The notes under the pieces: model-generated
The model's input: the letters and a program-made list of their open reading frames with translations, nothing else
Told to the model about the DNA's origin: nothing
Databases searched by the model: none
Origin: Acidilobaceae archaeon
GTDB lineage: Archaea > Thermoproteota > Thermoprotei_A > Sulfolobales > Acidilobaceae
Reading direction: 5' to 3'
Assembly (NCBI GenBank): GCA_038897215.1
Contig: JAWAWX010000001.1
Span: 608,001-672,000 of the forward strand
Length of the DNA stretch: 64,000 nt
Translations under genes and position numbers: made by a program
In this document: positions 37,248 to 47,396 of the stretch, piece by piece
Layout of the letters: every line of letters starts with the position of its first letter
Numbering within the stretch: position 1 is the stretch's first letter

Positions 37248-38771
37248 TTGAGCAAAGTCTTAGTGCTAGACCTGGGAGGGCAGTACGCGCACCTGCTGGC
37301 TAGGAGGCTTAGAGAGCTGGGAGCTTACAGCGAGCTTTTGCCAGTAGCGTCGGCTAGCATCGAGGAGGTCTTAGATGAAGTAGAGGAATCAGACGCGGTA
37401 GTCTTCAGCGGGGTTCTCGAAGACTCTATCAGCGACGAGCTAGTCTCTCTAGCCAGGAGAGTCGTCGAGACCGGGAAGCCGGTACTGGCAGTCGGCTCAA
37501 GCCACCTGCTACTAGCTCTAGCACTAGGGGGGAGGGTCGGAGCCTCCCCTGTAGCAGAGTACGGGCCGGCTATTGTTGAACTCTCGGGAGAAGACCCTGT
37601 TCTCAGAGAGCTCCCGCGCAAGCTCAGAGTCTGGATGAGTCACAGCTACTCAGTCATAGAGCCTCCTCCGGGGAGTCTGGTTCTAGCCTCTAGCCCGGGT
37701 AGCCCCGTAGCAGCCTTCAGACTAGGCAGAGTCTACGGAGTCCACTGGCACCCCGAGGTGGCTCACAGCGAGCACGGCTCTACTCTCCTCTCCAGATGGC
37801 TCGACTACCACGGCATAGACAGGAGCTGGAGACCGGAGGATGTAGTGGAGAAGATAGTTGAGGAGCTGAGGAGAGAGCTAGCCGGAGCTCGCGTGATCTC
37901 AGCGGTAAGCGGGGGCGTGGACTCCACCACAGCGACTCTACTAGTCTACAGAGCAGTCGGGAACTCGCTCAGAGCAGTCATGATAGACCATGGCTTCCAC
38001 CCTATGGGCGAGCCCAGGAGGTCTTTTGAGATTCTCAGAGGCCTCGGCTTGAACGTTGTTCTCGTAGACGCTAGAGAGAGGTTCTTTAGAGAGCTCAGAG
38101 GAGTCGCTGACCCCGAGGAGAAGAGGAGAGTCTTCGGCAGAGTCTACGCTGAAATCCTGGCAGAGGAGGCTGAGAAGTGGGGAGCAGAGTACCTAGTCCA
38201 GGGGACTATCTACCCGGACGTGATAGAAAGCGGGGGCAGGCCTGGAGCTAGCCTCATAAAGACTCACCACAACGTAGCAGGGCTACCTAAAGACTTCAAG
38301 CTGAAGCTCGTAGAGCCTCTGAAGTGGTTCTACAAAGACGAGGTCAGGCGGATAGCTAGAGCTCTAGGAGTACCAGAGGAGATAGTGAGGAGGCAACCGG
38401 TCCCAGGCCCGTCACTCCTAGTCAGAGTAGAAGGCGAGGTCACTGAGGAGAAGGTGGAGATAGCTAGGAGAGCTAATGCCATCGTCAGAGAGGAGGTAGA
38501 GAGAGCAGGGCTAGGAGACAGGCTCTGGCAGTACTTCGCTATACTGACCTCCTCTAAAGCCACTGGAGTGAAGGGGGATAGGAGAGTCTACGGCTACGTC
38601 GTCGTAGTTAGAGCTGTGGAGAGCTCTGACGCAATGACGGCTTCAGCGGCGAGGCTACCCTGGGAGGTCTTGGAGAGAATAGCGTTAAGGATAACAAGCG
38701 AGGTCCCGGGAGTCTCTAGAGTAGTCTACGATATCACGAGCAAGCCTCCCGCAACGATAGAGTGGGAGTAG
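37248..38771 (+). CDS. guaA: GMP synthase (fused GATase + ATPPase; GATase appears inactive)
   Basis: LDLGGQY, MSH, HPEV, SGGVDS, QGTIYPD, IKTHHN, KPPATIEWE. Confidence 0.93.
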   Translation: MSKVLVLDLGGQYAHLLARRLRELGAYSELLPVASASIEEVLDEVEESDAVVFSGVLEDSISDELVSLARRVVETGKPVLAVGSSHLLLALALGGRVGASPVAEYGPAIVELSGEDPVLRELPRKLRVWMSHSYSVIEPPPGSLVLASSPGSPVAAFRLGRVYGVHWHPEVAHSEHGSTLLSRWLDYHGIDRSWRPEDVVEKIVEELRRELAGARVISAVSGGVDSTTATLLVYRAVGNSLRAVMIDHGFHPMGEPRRSFEILRGLGLNVVLVDARERFFRELRGVADPEEKRRVFGRVYAEILAEEAEKWGAEYLVQGTIYPDVIESGGRPGASLIKTHHNVAGLPKDFKLKLVEPLKWFYKDEVRRIARALGVPEEIVRRQPVPGPSLLVRVEGEVTEEKVEIARRANAIVREEVERAGLGDRLWQYFAILTSSKATGVKGDRRVYGYVVVVRAVESSDAMTASAARLPWEVLERIALRITSEVPGVSRVVYDITSKPPATIEWE

Positions 38772-39059
38772 CTACCGTTCTCTAAGCTCATCCACATCGA
38801 TCTCTATCACTTGAGGCTCTCCGCTCTCTCCCCCCGCTCTCTCCCCGCTCCCCTCAGACCCTCCGGCTTTCAGCTTCTGGATTACGGCATTCCACGTGTT
38901 ACCGCACTCGGGGCAGAGAAATGCCCCCATCACTGTGACCGTTACTCTACCCTCTTTATCGGGGATTGGCGAGACTAGAGTCCAGGTTCTCAGAGGCCCT
39001 GGAGACCTGGCTCCACACCGGGGGCACTCTGATGGAGGAGCCTTTCTCCCCTTAGGCAA
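38772..39059 (-). CDS. Cren7-family chromatin protein with zinc ribbon and acidic tail
   Basis: CPRCG...P.RTWTLVSP.PD..GR.TVTVMG.F.CPECG. Confidence 0.75.
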   Translation of the reverse strand: MPKGRKAPPSECPRCGARSPGPLRTWTLVSPIPDKEGRVTVTVMGAFLCPECGNTWNAVIQKLKAGGSEGSGERAGGESGEPQVIEIDVDELRER

Positions 39060-39882
39060 CAGTTCTCCACCTCAGCTCGTAGCCCTCCAAGGGCTCTACT
39101 ACGATGCTATATGAGGGAGACAGCTCTTTAAGAGCTACTCTCAGCCTCTCTATGAGCCTCCCTAGTCTCTCTAAGCCTGCTCTACTTGCTAGAGGCATGT
39201 CTACAACCAGGCTTATGGAGTCTACTCCCACCTCGTAGACTAGTACTCTAGGTTTGGCTGAAGCGTTCATAGATAGGTCTCTCATCACTCCTCCTAGAGA
39301 CTCGACTAGAGAATCGATCACCCTCTGAGCGCTAGCCTCAGGGTCTAGATTCCAGAGCTTTATGTTAAGCCTTACCGCTGTAGCCTCTCCCGATATGAGA
39401 GCAGGCGTGTTCAGAAACCTAGAGTTGGGTATAGTGTAGACTCCTCCAGAAGTCTTCACTATGACATGCGTTGGGGTTATATCAGCGATCTCTCCGTGAG
39501 CTCCATCCGGTAACACTATCTGAGTCCCTCTTGTCAGCAGGCTCTGAGCCGCTATCGCGTAGTAGGCTATAACATTCGAGATTACTGGCGTGAGCGAGAG
39601 CGAGATGACGCCGATTAAGGCGACGAACATAGCCAAAAATATCAGAGAGTCTGTGATTAGGTAAAGGAGTACTAGTAGAGCTAGAGCCATCAAGAGGAAC
39701 GAGGAGGTCTCAGAGAGCTTTCTAGCACCCTCAGGCCCTAGAGTAGCTCTAGCTCCGGCTAGGAGGCCTCCTATCTTCCTGCCAAGCACGAGAGCCGAGA
39801 CTAGGGCAAGGACTCCTACGATTATGTCGAGTGACGCCTCGGCTAGCTTCTGTCTAAGAGCTTCTACTAGCTCTTCTAGCAA
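39052..39882 (-). CDS. Small-conductance mechanosensitive channel (MscS)
   Basis: 3 TM helices, ISNVIA, then G.I..I....V..T..G.YTIPNS. Confidence 0.8.
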   Translation of the reverse strand: MLEELVEALRQKLAEASLDIIVGVLALVSALVLGRKIGGLLAGARATLGPEGARKLSETSSFLLMALALLVLLYLITDSLIFLAMFVALIGVISLSLTPVISNVIAYYAIAAQSLLTRGTQIVLPDGAHGEIADITPTHVIVKTSGGVYTIPNSRFLNTPALISGEATAVRLNIKLWNLDPEASAQRVIDSLVESLGGVMRDLSMNASAKPRVLVYEVGVDSISLVVDMPLASRAGLERLGRLIERLRVALKELSPSYSIVVEPLEGYELRWRTVA

Positions 39883-39891
39883 TCTATCACC

Positions 39892-40548
39892 TCAGAATAG
39901 CTTACTGTACTCCTCTATAGCCTCCTTCTTCACTAAGGCTATAACACTATCTCCCTCCTCTAGCACCACGGAGTCCTCGGGCTCGATTAAGTTGCTCTTC
40001 TTGAGTACAGCCAGGACTTTAGCGAACCTGCTCGCCTCTGCTTTCAGCTCTCTCAAATGCCTCCCTCTATACGGGCTTGTCTTAGTTACAGCTGAGGAGA
40101 CGAGAGCATAGCCTCCCGAGAGAGCCGGGACTATGGATAGGACTCTCTGAGACCCCTCGATCATAGCTTGGAGAGTGCTGGCCACTAGCTGAGGCCACAC
40201 CAGGACGCTCGTTATACCCATGAGTCTTGCTGCTTCAGCAACCTCCTGCCTTCCTAGAACCATGTAGACTCTCCTAATCCCCTTAGTCTTAGCTATAGCG
40301 CTAGCGTAGAGGCTCACTTCGTCTCTCTGCGTTACAACAACTACTACATCGTAGCTAAGAACGTCTATGCTATCGTAGAACTCGGGGTCTAGCACGTCTC
40401 CAGCGTAAGTCTCAACGTCGATACTCTCTCTTATCTTATCTAGCTCAGCTCTATCAGAGTCGACTACGGTAACCGAGTGGCCTTCTTCAGCAAGTCTCTC
40501 TGCCAGGTATCGCGCGATAAGATTAGCGCCTACGATCAGCACCTTCAC
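39892..40548 (-). CDS. trkA: TrkA-family K+ uptake regulatory protein
   Basis: RCK_N Rossmann fold (LIVGA...VTVVD, GD) plus RCK_C (GDSVI). Confidence 0.85.
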   Translation of the reverse strand: MKVLIVGANLIARYLAERLAEEGHSVTVVDSDRAELDKIRESIDVETYAGDVLDPEFYDSIDVLSYDVVVVVTQRDEVSLYASAIAKTKGIRRVYMVLGRQEVAEAARLMGITSVLVWPQLVASTLQAMIEGSQRVLSIVPALSGGYALVSSAVTKTSPYRGRHLRELKAEASRFAKVLAVLKKSNLIEPEDSVVLEEGDSVIALVKKEAIEEYSKLF

Positions 40549-40613
40549 GCTCCTCTACGCACCCCCGGCTATCTGAGGCTAGAGGAGGTAAATAGCCTGG
40601 GAGCCTCCTGACT

Positions 40614-42407
40614 TCAAGCAAATCGTGAGAGGGTTAGCACTGCTGTCACCATCGCTAAGCTAGTTGTTAGAATAGCGTGAATGAAGCCGGCGGCTATAGT
40701 CCCGTTAGCGATCTTCCCTGCTGTGAGACCCATTAGCCAGGAGTTCATCACAGCTCCGAGGCTAGCTACGAGAGAGACTAGCATCAGCTGGTGCATCATA
40801 GCCTCTAACCTAGGGCCAGTGACGCCAACAGCTATGCTTTGAGAAGCGAGCCCGATCATCAGCATCGAGGACCCGGCTACTAGAACAGCGCCTATGTAAG
40901 GCATCATCATGTATACTCTGAGCTTCTTGCTCAGCTCTTCCTCGAGCTCCGCTAGGCTCTTCGAGTACCTAGCTAAGCTGTCTAGAGTCTCGGGGCTTCC
41001 GCCCCCATAGGTTATAGCGTCTACCAGGAATCTCATCGTAGCTAAGAGGAGCCAGTTCTTGTAACCTCTCAGAGCAACCGCCACGGCTCTCTCCAGGTCA
41101 GAGCCTAGTGATAGGGAGGAGGCTATCCTCCTTAGGACCGGGTTCAGAGGACCGTAGTCTCTCTTAGAGAGCATCACGATAGCCTTCTCCGGAGCTAGCC
41201 CCGTCTTCCTCGTCTCAGCGAGCTCTCTAAGAAATATCGCTAGCTGGAGGCCTGCTCCCTTGACTCTCCTAGACTCGCTCATCCACGCTATAGCGCCCGG
41301 GATGCTGAGAGCTATGAAGAAAACTCCAGCGCTTATAGTGAGACCGACAACCACCTGCTTATCTAGAATCCCGTCAAGCACTCTATAAGCGCCCGTGACT
41401 TGAAACACCACGATGAAAGCTACTACGGCAAGAGGAACCCCATAGCTCAAAGTGGCTATATAGGGAGATACAACCCTAATAGGAGTCTTGGGCTGGATCC
41501 TGTCCACTAGATATATGACAGCAACTGTCATCAGCGGTAATGCTACGAAAGCGAAGACAGCGAACTGAATCACACTACTAAGACCCGCTTGTGTAGGATT
41601 CATTGACGCCATTATGAAGAATACGTAGAAGGTTATAGATATGATCACAGCTATTATGACGTAGATCTCGCTATACATAGCTATCCTACTGCTTATAGTT
41701 TCAAGCTCTTCTATTCTCTTGGAGAAGATATCTCTAGTCCTCACCTCTAGGTAGTCTACTAGATTCGCTCCTGTCTTCAGCACAGTTATGTATCCGAGAA
41801 TGAAGTCTCTAAAGACGGGGCTCGGGTGTGTATAAGCTTGTCTCTCGAGAGCATCGATTGGGTCTAAGCCCATGTATTTCACGTTACGGAAGACTGCTCT
41901 AGCTTCTCTCCTTATTCCAGCGAAGACTCTCAGTCTCGACACGCGTTCTAGAACATGTACTAACCCGACGCCTGCGAGACTCATCGAAGTAAGGTATGCG
42001 GCGAAGAAGGGGAGCTCGCTATTAGTCCTGTTCCTCCTATAGTCTGCCGCTATAGATGGTAGAGCGAGCCCAATAGCTAGGACGAAGACGGGGAGCATGA
42101 GCGAGAAGAGAGATAAGATCACGCGTAAGATGAGGTCTATAGCGAACCACCAAACAACGAGAACCACGTATAGTGAGATGAAGAGCGATAGAAACGTAGC
42201 CATCAGAACCCTAGCTGAGTATAGTTGAGGATACATACTCCAACCTGCTCTCCTCAGAGCATCCTCCATCTCGAAGGTTTTCGTAAACCAGTCCACCACT
42301 CTTCCGAAGAGAGCGAGAGACAGGTAATCGTATACGTCGATGAATCCCACTCCTTGCCTCTTCTCCGCCCATTGCTTTAGCGAAGAGCTATCCCTACTTC
42401 TCAGCAT
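40614..42407 (-). CDS. Type IV pilus membrane platform protein (TadC/ArlJ/T2SS-F)
   Basis: Two T2SSF domains (ELPFFAAYL..M..AG; FLRELAE...G) in a multi-TM protein. Confidence 0.88.
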   Translation of the reverse strand: MLRSRDSSSLKQWAEKRQGVGFIDVYDYLSLALFGRVVDWFTKTFEMEDALRRAGWSMYPQLYSARVLMATFLSLFISLYVVLVVWWFAIDLILRVILSLFSLMLPVFVLAIGLALPSIAADYRRNRTNSELPFFAAYLTSMSLAGVGLVHVLERVSRLRVFAGIRREARAVFRNVKYMGLDPIDALERQAYTHPSPVFRDFILGYITVLKTGANLVDYLEVRTRDIFSKRIEELETISSRIAMYSEIYVIIAVIISITFYVFFIMASMNPTQAGLSSVIQFAVFAFVALPLMTVAVIYLVDRIQPKTPIRVVSPYIATLSYGVPLAVVAFIVVFQVTGAYRVLDGILDKQVVVGLTISAGVFFIALSIPGAIAWMSESRRVKGAGLQLAIFLRELAETRKTGLAPEKAIVMLSKRDYGPLNPVLRRIASSLSLGSDLERAVAVALRGYKNWLLLATMRFLVDAITYGGGSPETLDSLARYSKSLAELEEELSKKLRVYMMMPYIGAVLVAGSSMLMIGLASQSIAVGVTGPRLEAMMHQLMLVSLVASLGAVMNSWLMGLTAGKIANGTIAAGFIHAILTTSLAMVTAVLTLSRFA

Positions 42408-44073
42408 AGTGAGCCACCTCTTCCGCAGCTTTCTCGAATACGTCCTCGGGGAATCTGTAGTACATGTAGATGACGTCAGCTACCTCTCTGTAGTCTCTCT
42501 TATCTCTAAGCGCCATCCACTGGATCACGGTAGCTCTCTTCTCTATCTCTCTCCTCACTTCATCATGACTCTTGCCAGTAATCGCGCTGACCTCTTCGAC
42601 TACCAGGCTGTCTCTAAGGTCTAAAACGAACTTGTCTCTAGCGGGGTCCCACGCTAGTGACACTTTATACTTATCGTAGTCTTTAATCTCCCATATGTTA
42701 AACACTCTCCTCACTGTTACGGGCCCATGCTCTCCGGGAATGGTTACTCTTCTAACGAGAAGACACCACTTGAGTAGAGGTATGTAGCTTGGCGGTATAT
42801 TCATGGGAGGGCTCGTCAGCCTCCTGACTAGGTTCCTCACGTGCTCAGCGTGAGCGGTAGTCAAGCCTCCGTGGCCTGTGGCCATTGCCTGGAAGAGCAC
42901 GTATGCCTCCTCGCCTCTGATCTCACCGACTATGATGACGTCGGGTCTATATCTGAGGCTTATTTTCACCAGGTCGTATAGTGTAACCTCGCCGACTTTG
43001 CTACCTCCTAGAGCGTAGCTGGGTCTAGCTACGAGCTGAACCCAGTTCTCTAGAGTTAGCTTCAGCTCGGGAGTGTCTTCTATAGTTACTACTTTGATGT
43101 TCGGTCTAAACATGGTGGCTAGAGCGTTAAGCATCGTGGTCTTACCCGAGCCCGTGACTCCGATCACTATCCCCGGCATCTTGTACTCCATTGCGAGCCA
43201 GAGATATCCCGCGGTCATCGGGTCCAGAGTTCTCCCTTTCACTAAATCAATTATGCTTAGAGGTTTCTCCTTGAACTTCCTGATAGTGAATGTAGAGCCG
43301 CGCGTGCTAACTTCTCGCCTGAAGGTAGCGGCTAGTCTGTGACCCTCTGGGAGTATCGCGTCGACTATGGGGAAGGCGCTACTTATATGCTTCCCGGCCT
43401 TGTGGACAAGCTTTAGAACCATGGAGTCTAGCTCTTCGTCTGTCTCGAAGACTATGTTGGTTGGCATGCTCTCATACCTCTGGTGCCACACGTAGACAGG
43501 CTTGCCTACACCATTACAGCTAACGTCTTCTATGTAGGGGTCTCTAAGTATGACGTCTAACTGCCCGTAGCCTACATTGTCTCGAACCAGGTAGTAGTAG
43601 ACCTTGTTCCAATCCACTCTCCTTTTTAGAGTAGCCTCTAGCCTCACGCTATACCTTCTCATCAGATTCTTGACCTGCTCTAAGAGGTACTCTCTCTCAA
43701 TCTCTGCTTCCGACACTCCGCTCTCGCTTTTCGCGAGAAGAGACTTATCGAAGGGCTTCAGCTCCCACTCGAGGATCTTCACTAGTCTCTCGTAGGCTCT
43801 CATCTCGTAGGCGTTTAGGGGGCTCTCGTAGACGTAGTAGAGTCTTTCTCTTGAAACCTTCTCCTCTAGAATGAATACATGAGCATAGGGCTTAACCACG
43901 GTATACCTATCTACGACCTCGTAGTTCTCGTAGCCTCTGATATCGGGCACCTCGCCGGCTTCCATGCTCTCTGCTAGTTGCTTTTCGAACTCGCTCTCTT
44001 CGCTATACCCCAGCCTACTTCTTCTGAGAAGCGACACGGCCTTCTTGAACAGGTCTGTAATCGCTCTCCACAT
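42394..44073 (-). CDS. Type IV pilus assembly ATPase (TadA/ArlI/VirB11)
   Basis: IEDVSCNG, FTIRKF, GVTGSGKTT, IEDTPEL, LRYRPD.IIVGEIRG, TGHGG.TT.HA. Confidence 0.95.
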   Translation of the reverse strand: MWRAITDLFKKAVSLLRRSRLGYSEESEFEKQLAESMEAGEVPDIRGYENYEVVDRYTVVKPYAHVFILEEKVSRERLYYVYESPLNAYEMRAYERLVKILEWELKPFDKSLLAKSESGVSEAEIEREYLLEQVKNLMRRYSVRLEATLKRRVDWNKVYYYLVRDNVGYGQLDVILRDPYIEDVSCNGVGKPVYVWHQRYESMPTNIVFETDEELDSMVLKLVHKAGKHISSAFPIVDAILPEGHRLAATFRREVSTRGSTFTIRKFKEKPLSIIDLVKGRTLDPMTAGYLWLAMEYKMPGIVIGVTGSGKTTMLNALATMFRPNIKVVTIEDTPELKLTLENWVQLVARPSYALGGSKVGEVTLYDLVKISLRYRPDVIIVGEIRGEEAYVLFQAMATGHGGLTTAHAEHVRNLVRRLTSPPMNIPPSYIPLLKWCLLVRRVTIPGEHGPVTVRRVFNIWEIKDYDKYKVSLAWDPARDKFVLDLRDSLVVEEVSAITGKSHDEVRREIEKRATVIQWMALRDKRDYREVADVIYMYYRFPEDVFEKAAEEVAHYAEK

Positions 44074-44092
44074 TGGGCTTAATCACTTCCCT

Positions 44093-44109
44093 CTATGATT
44101 ACATCATAG
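44093..44109. promoter_or_regulatory. Inverted repeat upstream of the pilus ATPase gene
   Basis: CTATGAT-TAC-ATCATAG, 20 bp before the ATG, in a divergent promoter gap. Confidence 0.45.
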
Positions 44110-44239
44110 GCTAACGTAGACCTTTTCCAGCATATTCGTCTTAGAGAAGAGATATTATATGTCTGATTTTATCTCCCAGCTAGCGAGCATGAGGAGACTT
44201 TAAAATAGAGTAGCGCTATAAGCTAGGATATGAGGAGGA

Positions 44240-47200
44240 ATGCCACGAGTAGCTCGATTAGTCTCTATTGCTTCGATTCTAGCAATAGCTCTAGCTGTGT
44301 CTTCCATTTGCTCAGCACTAGTTTTAGAGAGCTCTGTTGAAGCGGTTCTCAGCAACATCTACGGCTTAGAGGTAGTCACACTACCCGGCTGGATGATCTA
44401 CACTCACTATGAGGTTTCAGGGACAAGAGTGCTCTTGGGCGGAGACGGCTTCATAGCTAGCATCGACTTGGAGAAAGCAAGGGTCGAGAGACCCCTGGCT
44501 GTAGTAGGCAGAGTCACCTCCCTGTCTCTAGACTCTAGTGATACGAGCTATGCTGCAGTAGGCTCTGATAGCGGCGAGGTTCTAGTCCTGCAGCTCAGCG
44601 AGTGGAGCCTTCTGGCTAGATTCTACACGGCTACGAGAGCCTCGGTCAAGGCTGCCTACGTCGTAAAGTTGGGGAGCGAGAGAGCTAGAGACCCCTTCCC
44701 TCGCCTGATCGTCCTAGACGAGGCCGGGTTCCTCTACGTCTCTAGAGTCTCCAGGGGCCTTCTGACGGGCTGGTTTGAAGCGGGCCCTGTAGAGAACCAG
44801 GGCGCTGTAACGGGCGTCTACGGCTTCAGGGTTCTCAGCGTCGCCCCCTTGATGGAGCTAGCTGGCTGGCACTCCTACAGGTATCTAGGCGATAGAGTCA
44901 TAGCTCTAACGGACATAAGGATGCCAGAGCTCCCAGCCAACAGCCCCTTCCTGGGCTCCTCCATAATCAGAGTCTACTACCCAGACCCATACAGAGGCTT
45001 GATAGAGGCCTACACGGGGGTCTTCGAGCCCACAGTCTTAGGGGGCCCCTTGGAGGAGCGCTTCCTCTACTACGCGGTCTCCTGGGGGAGGTATCTGCTA
45101 CCACTACCTCAGCCTCGCGTATCAGCTACATCACTCGTATACTATGGTAGCAACGGGACAGTGGTCCTCGAGAACCTGCCTCCCGACGTCTATAGGGTTA
45201 GGGTTCTCTACGAGATAGTCTACAGAGATAGCGAGACGAGAGCAGTGCTCTCGAGAGAATACTACGTGGGAGAGCTAGCCATCGCGATTAAGAGTAGCTC
45301 GATCGAGCTAGTTAACATGACTCTAGCTCGTAGCGATTGCTCAGACATAGTCGAGAGATGCCTTCTGGGAGGTGAGAAGCTGTACTCTCCTAGCGTTATG
45401 CAAGGTCTCCTCGTCCTCGATACTAGGAGGCTACCGTTACTCTTCGACTACGAGGAGGACGGTAGACTAGTCCTCCTACCAATATCCAGGCAGCTAGCCG
45501 AGCTGGGTGTCAGAGACCTCTCGCAACACACTCTAGCAGTTTTCCTAAAGCCTCTAGACCCCCCTCTGGGCTGGAGAACTCTCAACGTGAGCTACGCTGC
45601 CGTGTTAGGGCTCGGAGACTGGCTCGTCGTTTACTATCTAGAAGAGGGCTTTAGGCTAGCTGATATCGGTTACGAGCAGCCACAGCTGATATACCTTGGT
45701 AGTAGACCGCGAGCCATAACGGTATCAGCCGACGCTAGAACGATCCTAGTAGGGACAGATAGAGGGCTCTTCTTCAAGATACGCTGGCTGAGAGGGCTGG
45801 GTCTAGCTCAGCCCGCGGGGAGTCTCGATAGGTACGTCATAGACTCGGTTCTCTCAATCGGGCCTGCTGCCGTCACCTCTATCAGGATGATCGACGAGAC
45901 TCGAGCACTAGTTGCTCTCGAGAACGGGAGGCTACAACTAGTAGACATCAACACCTGGACCCCCCTGTGGAGAGGCCCTCCAGGCTACGAGGGTCTAGAT
46001 ACAGGCCTTCGCGGAGCTCTAGTAGATCTAGCGGGCTCCTACGTTATCGCTGTCTCACCTGGGTCCAACAGGGTCTACGTCTTCAGAGAGAGGCTCGACG
46101 CTCTGCGCCCTCTCCTAGTCAATCTCGTTGTAGTAACGTATGATGACGAGGGGAGATGGTATGTATTCGAGCCTCCCTTCGAGCTAGAGCTAGAGCTGAG
46201 AGATAGAGCAACAGACTCAGTAGTAGCTGTGGCTAGGGCTAGGAGAGTGGCTCTCTTCTACGTCCCCACAGGCTCCTACTACCTAACAGTATCGGCTCCA
46301 GGAGCGGCGAGACCAGCCTCTATCGCTGTAGCAGTAGGAGCGGAGCCGGTTTCGCTAAACCTACTAGCTATATACTATCCGGGCTTCCCATTAAAAGTCG
46401 AGATAATAGACGCGACTAGGACCATCGAGGAGGTGATGAAGTACCACCCACCTAGAGCCACGATAACTCTCAGGTTTCTGAGCATCGATAGAGATGTAGT
46501 CCAGGAGCCTCTAAGAGTCACACTCCTGGGGCCTACTAGCGTGCCTAATATTCTCGTGACTAACGGCGTACTGATCGTGAGCGATGTCCTCCCAGGAGAG
46601 TACACGGTGCACGTGTCTCCCCTGACTCCCATGCTCAGAGAAGCAATGTTCACGGTCAGGGTCTCAATGACGAGAACGAGTCCTGATACCCTCATGCTGT
46701 ATCCCACTTCTCTGCCAGTGAGGATAATCCTCTGGGATGTGGATGCTAGAGCCTCGGTAGGAGTGGCTCACAGAGTGTTGCTCGAGAGGCTAGGCGCTGG
46801 CTCCCCCCTGCTAGCCTACCCTAGAAGTCTGACTGTAGCACGAGAGGCTCTAGTAGAGCTTCCAGCTGGAGTCTACAAGGTCAGGGTTGAGCCGCTGACT
46901 CTGAACGTCTACGAGAGGCCTGGAGAGATAACAGTTGAAGTCAGAGAGCCGACTACTGTGACTATAAACATGACCAGGAAGAGATTCACGCTAGAACTCA
47001 CAATACTAGACTCTTGGGGCAGACTTATGGAGGGGGCTAGGGTAGAGTTCGCAGGCATAGACATCCCCGTCTACGTTGAAGCGAAGACCTGGAGAGACGG
47101 CAGGGTTCTAGTAGAGCTACCATATGGTTTCTACGATGTCACGATATCGAAGAGGTTCTACAAGACCTTCACGGACTCTATTGCTCTCGAGTCGAGCACA

Positions 47201-47353
47201 TCGAGGCAGATAATCGTAGAACCGGGCGTCGTAGCGGTCCTAATCAGGTACGCGCCGATACTTGCTGGGGTAACAGCATTAGCGGTAGCGGGAGCGGTCT
47301 TTCTCAGAGTAAGGAAGATGATAGCGGAGAGGCTAGAAGAAGAGGAGCTCTAG
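44240..47353 (+). CDS. Large cell-surface protein (beta-propeller plus Ig/PEGA-like repeats, C-terminal TM anchor)
   Basis: Signal peptide; WD-like blades (AVGSDSGEV, LVGTDRG); repeated LP.G.Y.V modules; C-terminal TM helix with a charged tail. Confidence 0.8.
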   Translation: MPRVARLVSIASILAIALAVSSICSALVLESSVEAVLSNIYGLEVVTLPGWMIYTHYEVSGTRVLLGGDGFIASIDLEKARVERPLAVVGRVTSLSLDSSDTSYAAVGSDSGEVLVLQLSEWSLLARFYTATRASVKAAYVVKLGSERARDPFPRLIVLDEAGFLYVSRVSRGLLTGWFEAGPVENQGAVTGVYGFRVLSVAPLMELAGWHSYRYLGDRVIALTDIRMPELPANSPFLGSSIIRVYYPDPYRGLIEAYTGVFEPTVLGGPLEERFLYYAVSWGRYLLPLPQPRVSATSLVYYGSNGTVVLENLPPDVYRVRVLYEIVYRDSETRAVLSREYYVGELAIAIKSSSIELVNMTLARSDCSDIVERCLLGGEKLYSPSVMQGLLVLDTRRLPLLFDYEEDGRLVLLPISRQLAELGVRDLSQHTLAVFLKPLDPPLGWRTLNVSYAAVLGLGDWLVVYYLEEGFRLADIGYEQPQLIYLGSRPRAITVSADARTILVGTDRGLFFKIRWLRGLGLAQPAGSLDRYVIDSVLSIGPAAVTSIRMIDETRALVALENGRLQLVDINTWTPLWRGPPGYEGLDTGLRGALVDLAGSYVIAVSPGSNRVYVFRERLDALRPLLVNLVVVTYDDEGRWYVFEPPFELELELRDRATDSVVAVARARRVALFYVPTGSYYLTVSAPGAARPASIAVAVGAEPVSLNLLAIYYPGFPLKVEIIDATRTIEEVMKYHPPRATITLRFLSIDRDVVQEPLRVTLLGPTSVPNILVTNGVLIVSDVLPGEYTVHVSPLTPMLREAMFTVRVSMTRTSPDTLMLYPTSLPVRIILWDVDARASVGVAHRVLLERLGAGSPLLAYPRSLTVAREALVELPAGVYKVRVEPLTLNVYERPGEITVEVREPTTVTINMTRKRFTLELTILDSWGRLMEGARVEFAGIDIPVYVEAKTWRDGRVLVELPYGFYDVTISKRFYKTFTDSIALESSTSRQIIVEPGVVAVLIRYAPILAGVTALAVAGAVFLRVRKMIAERLEEEEL

Positions 47354-47396
47354 GGGTCGGAGTCTAACAACATGCTCCTAGTGTAGTTGCACGAGA

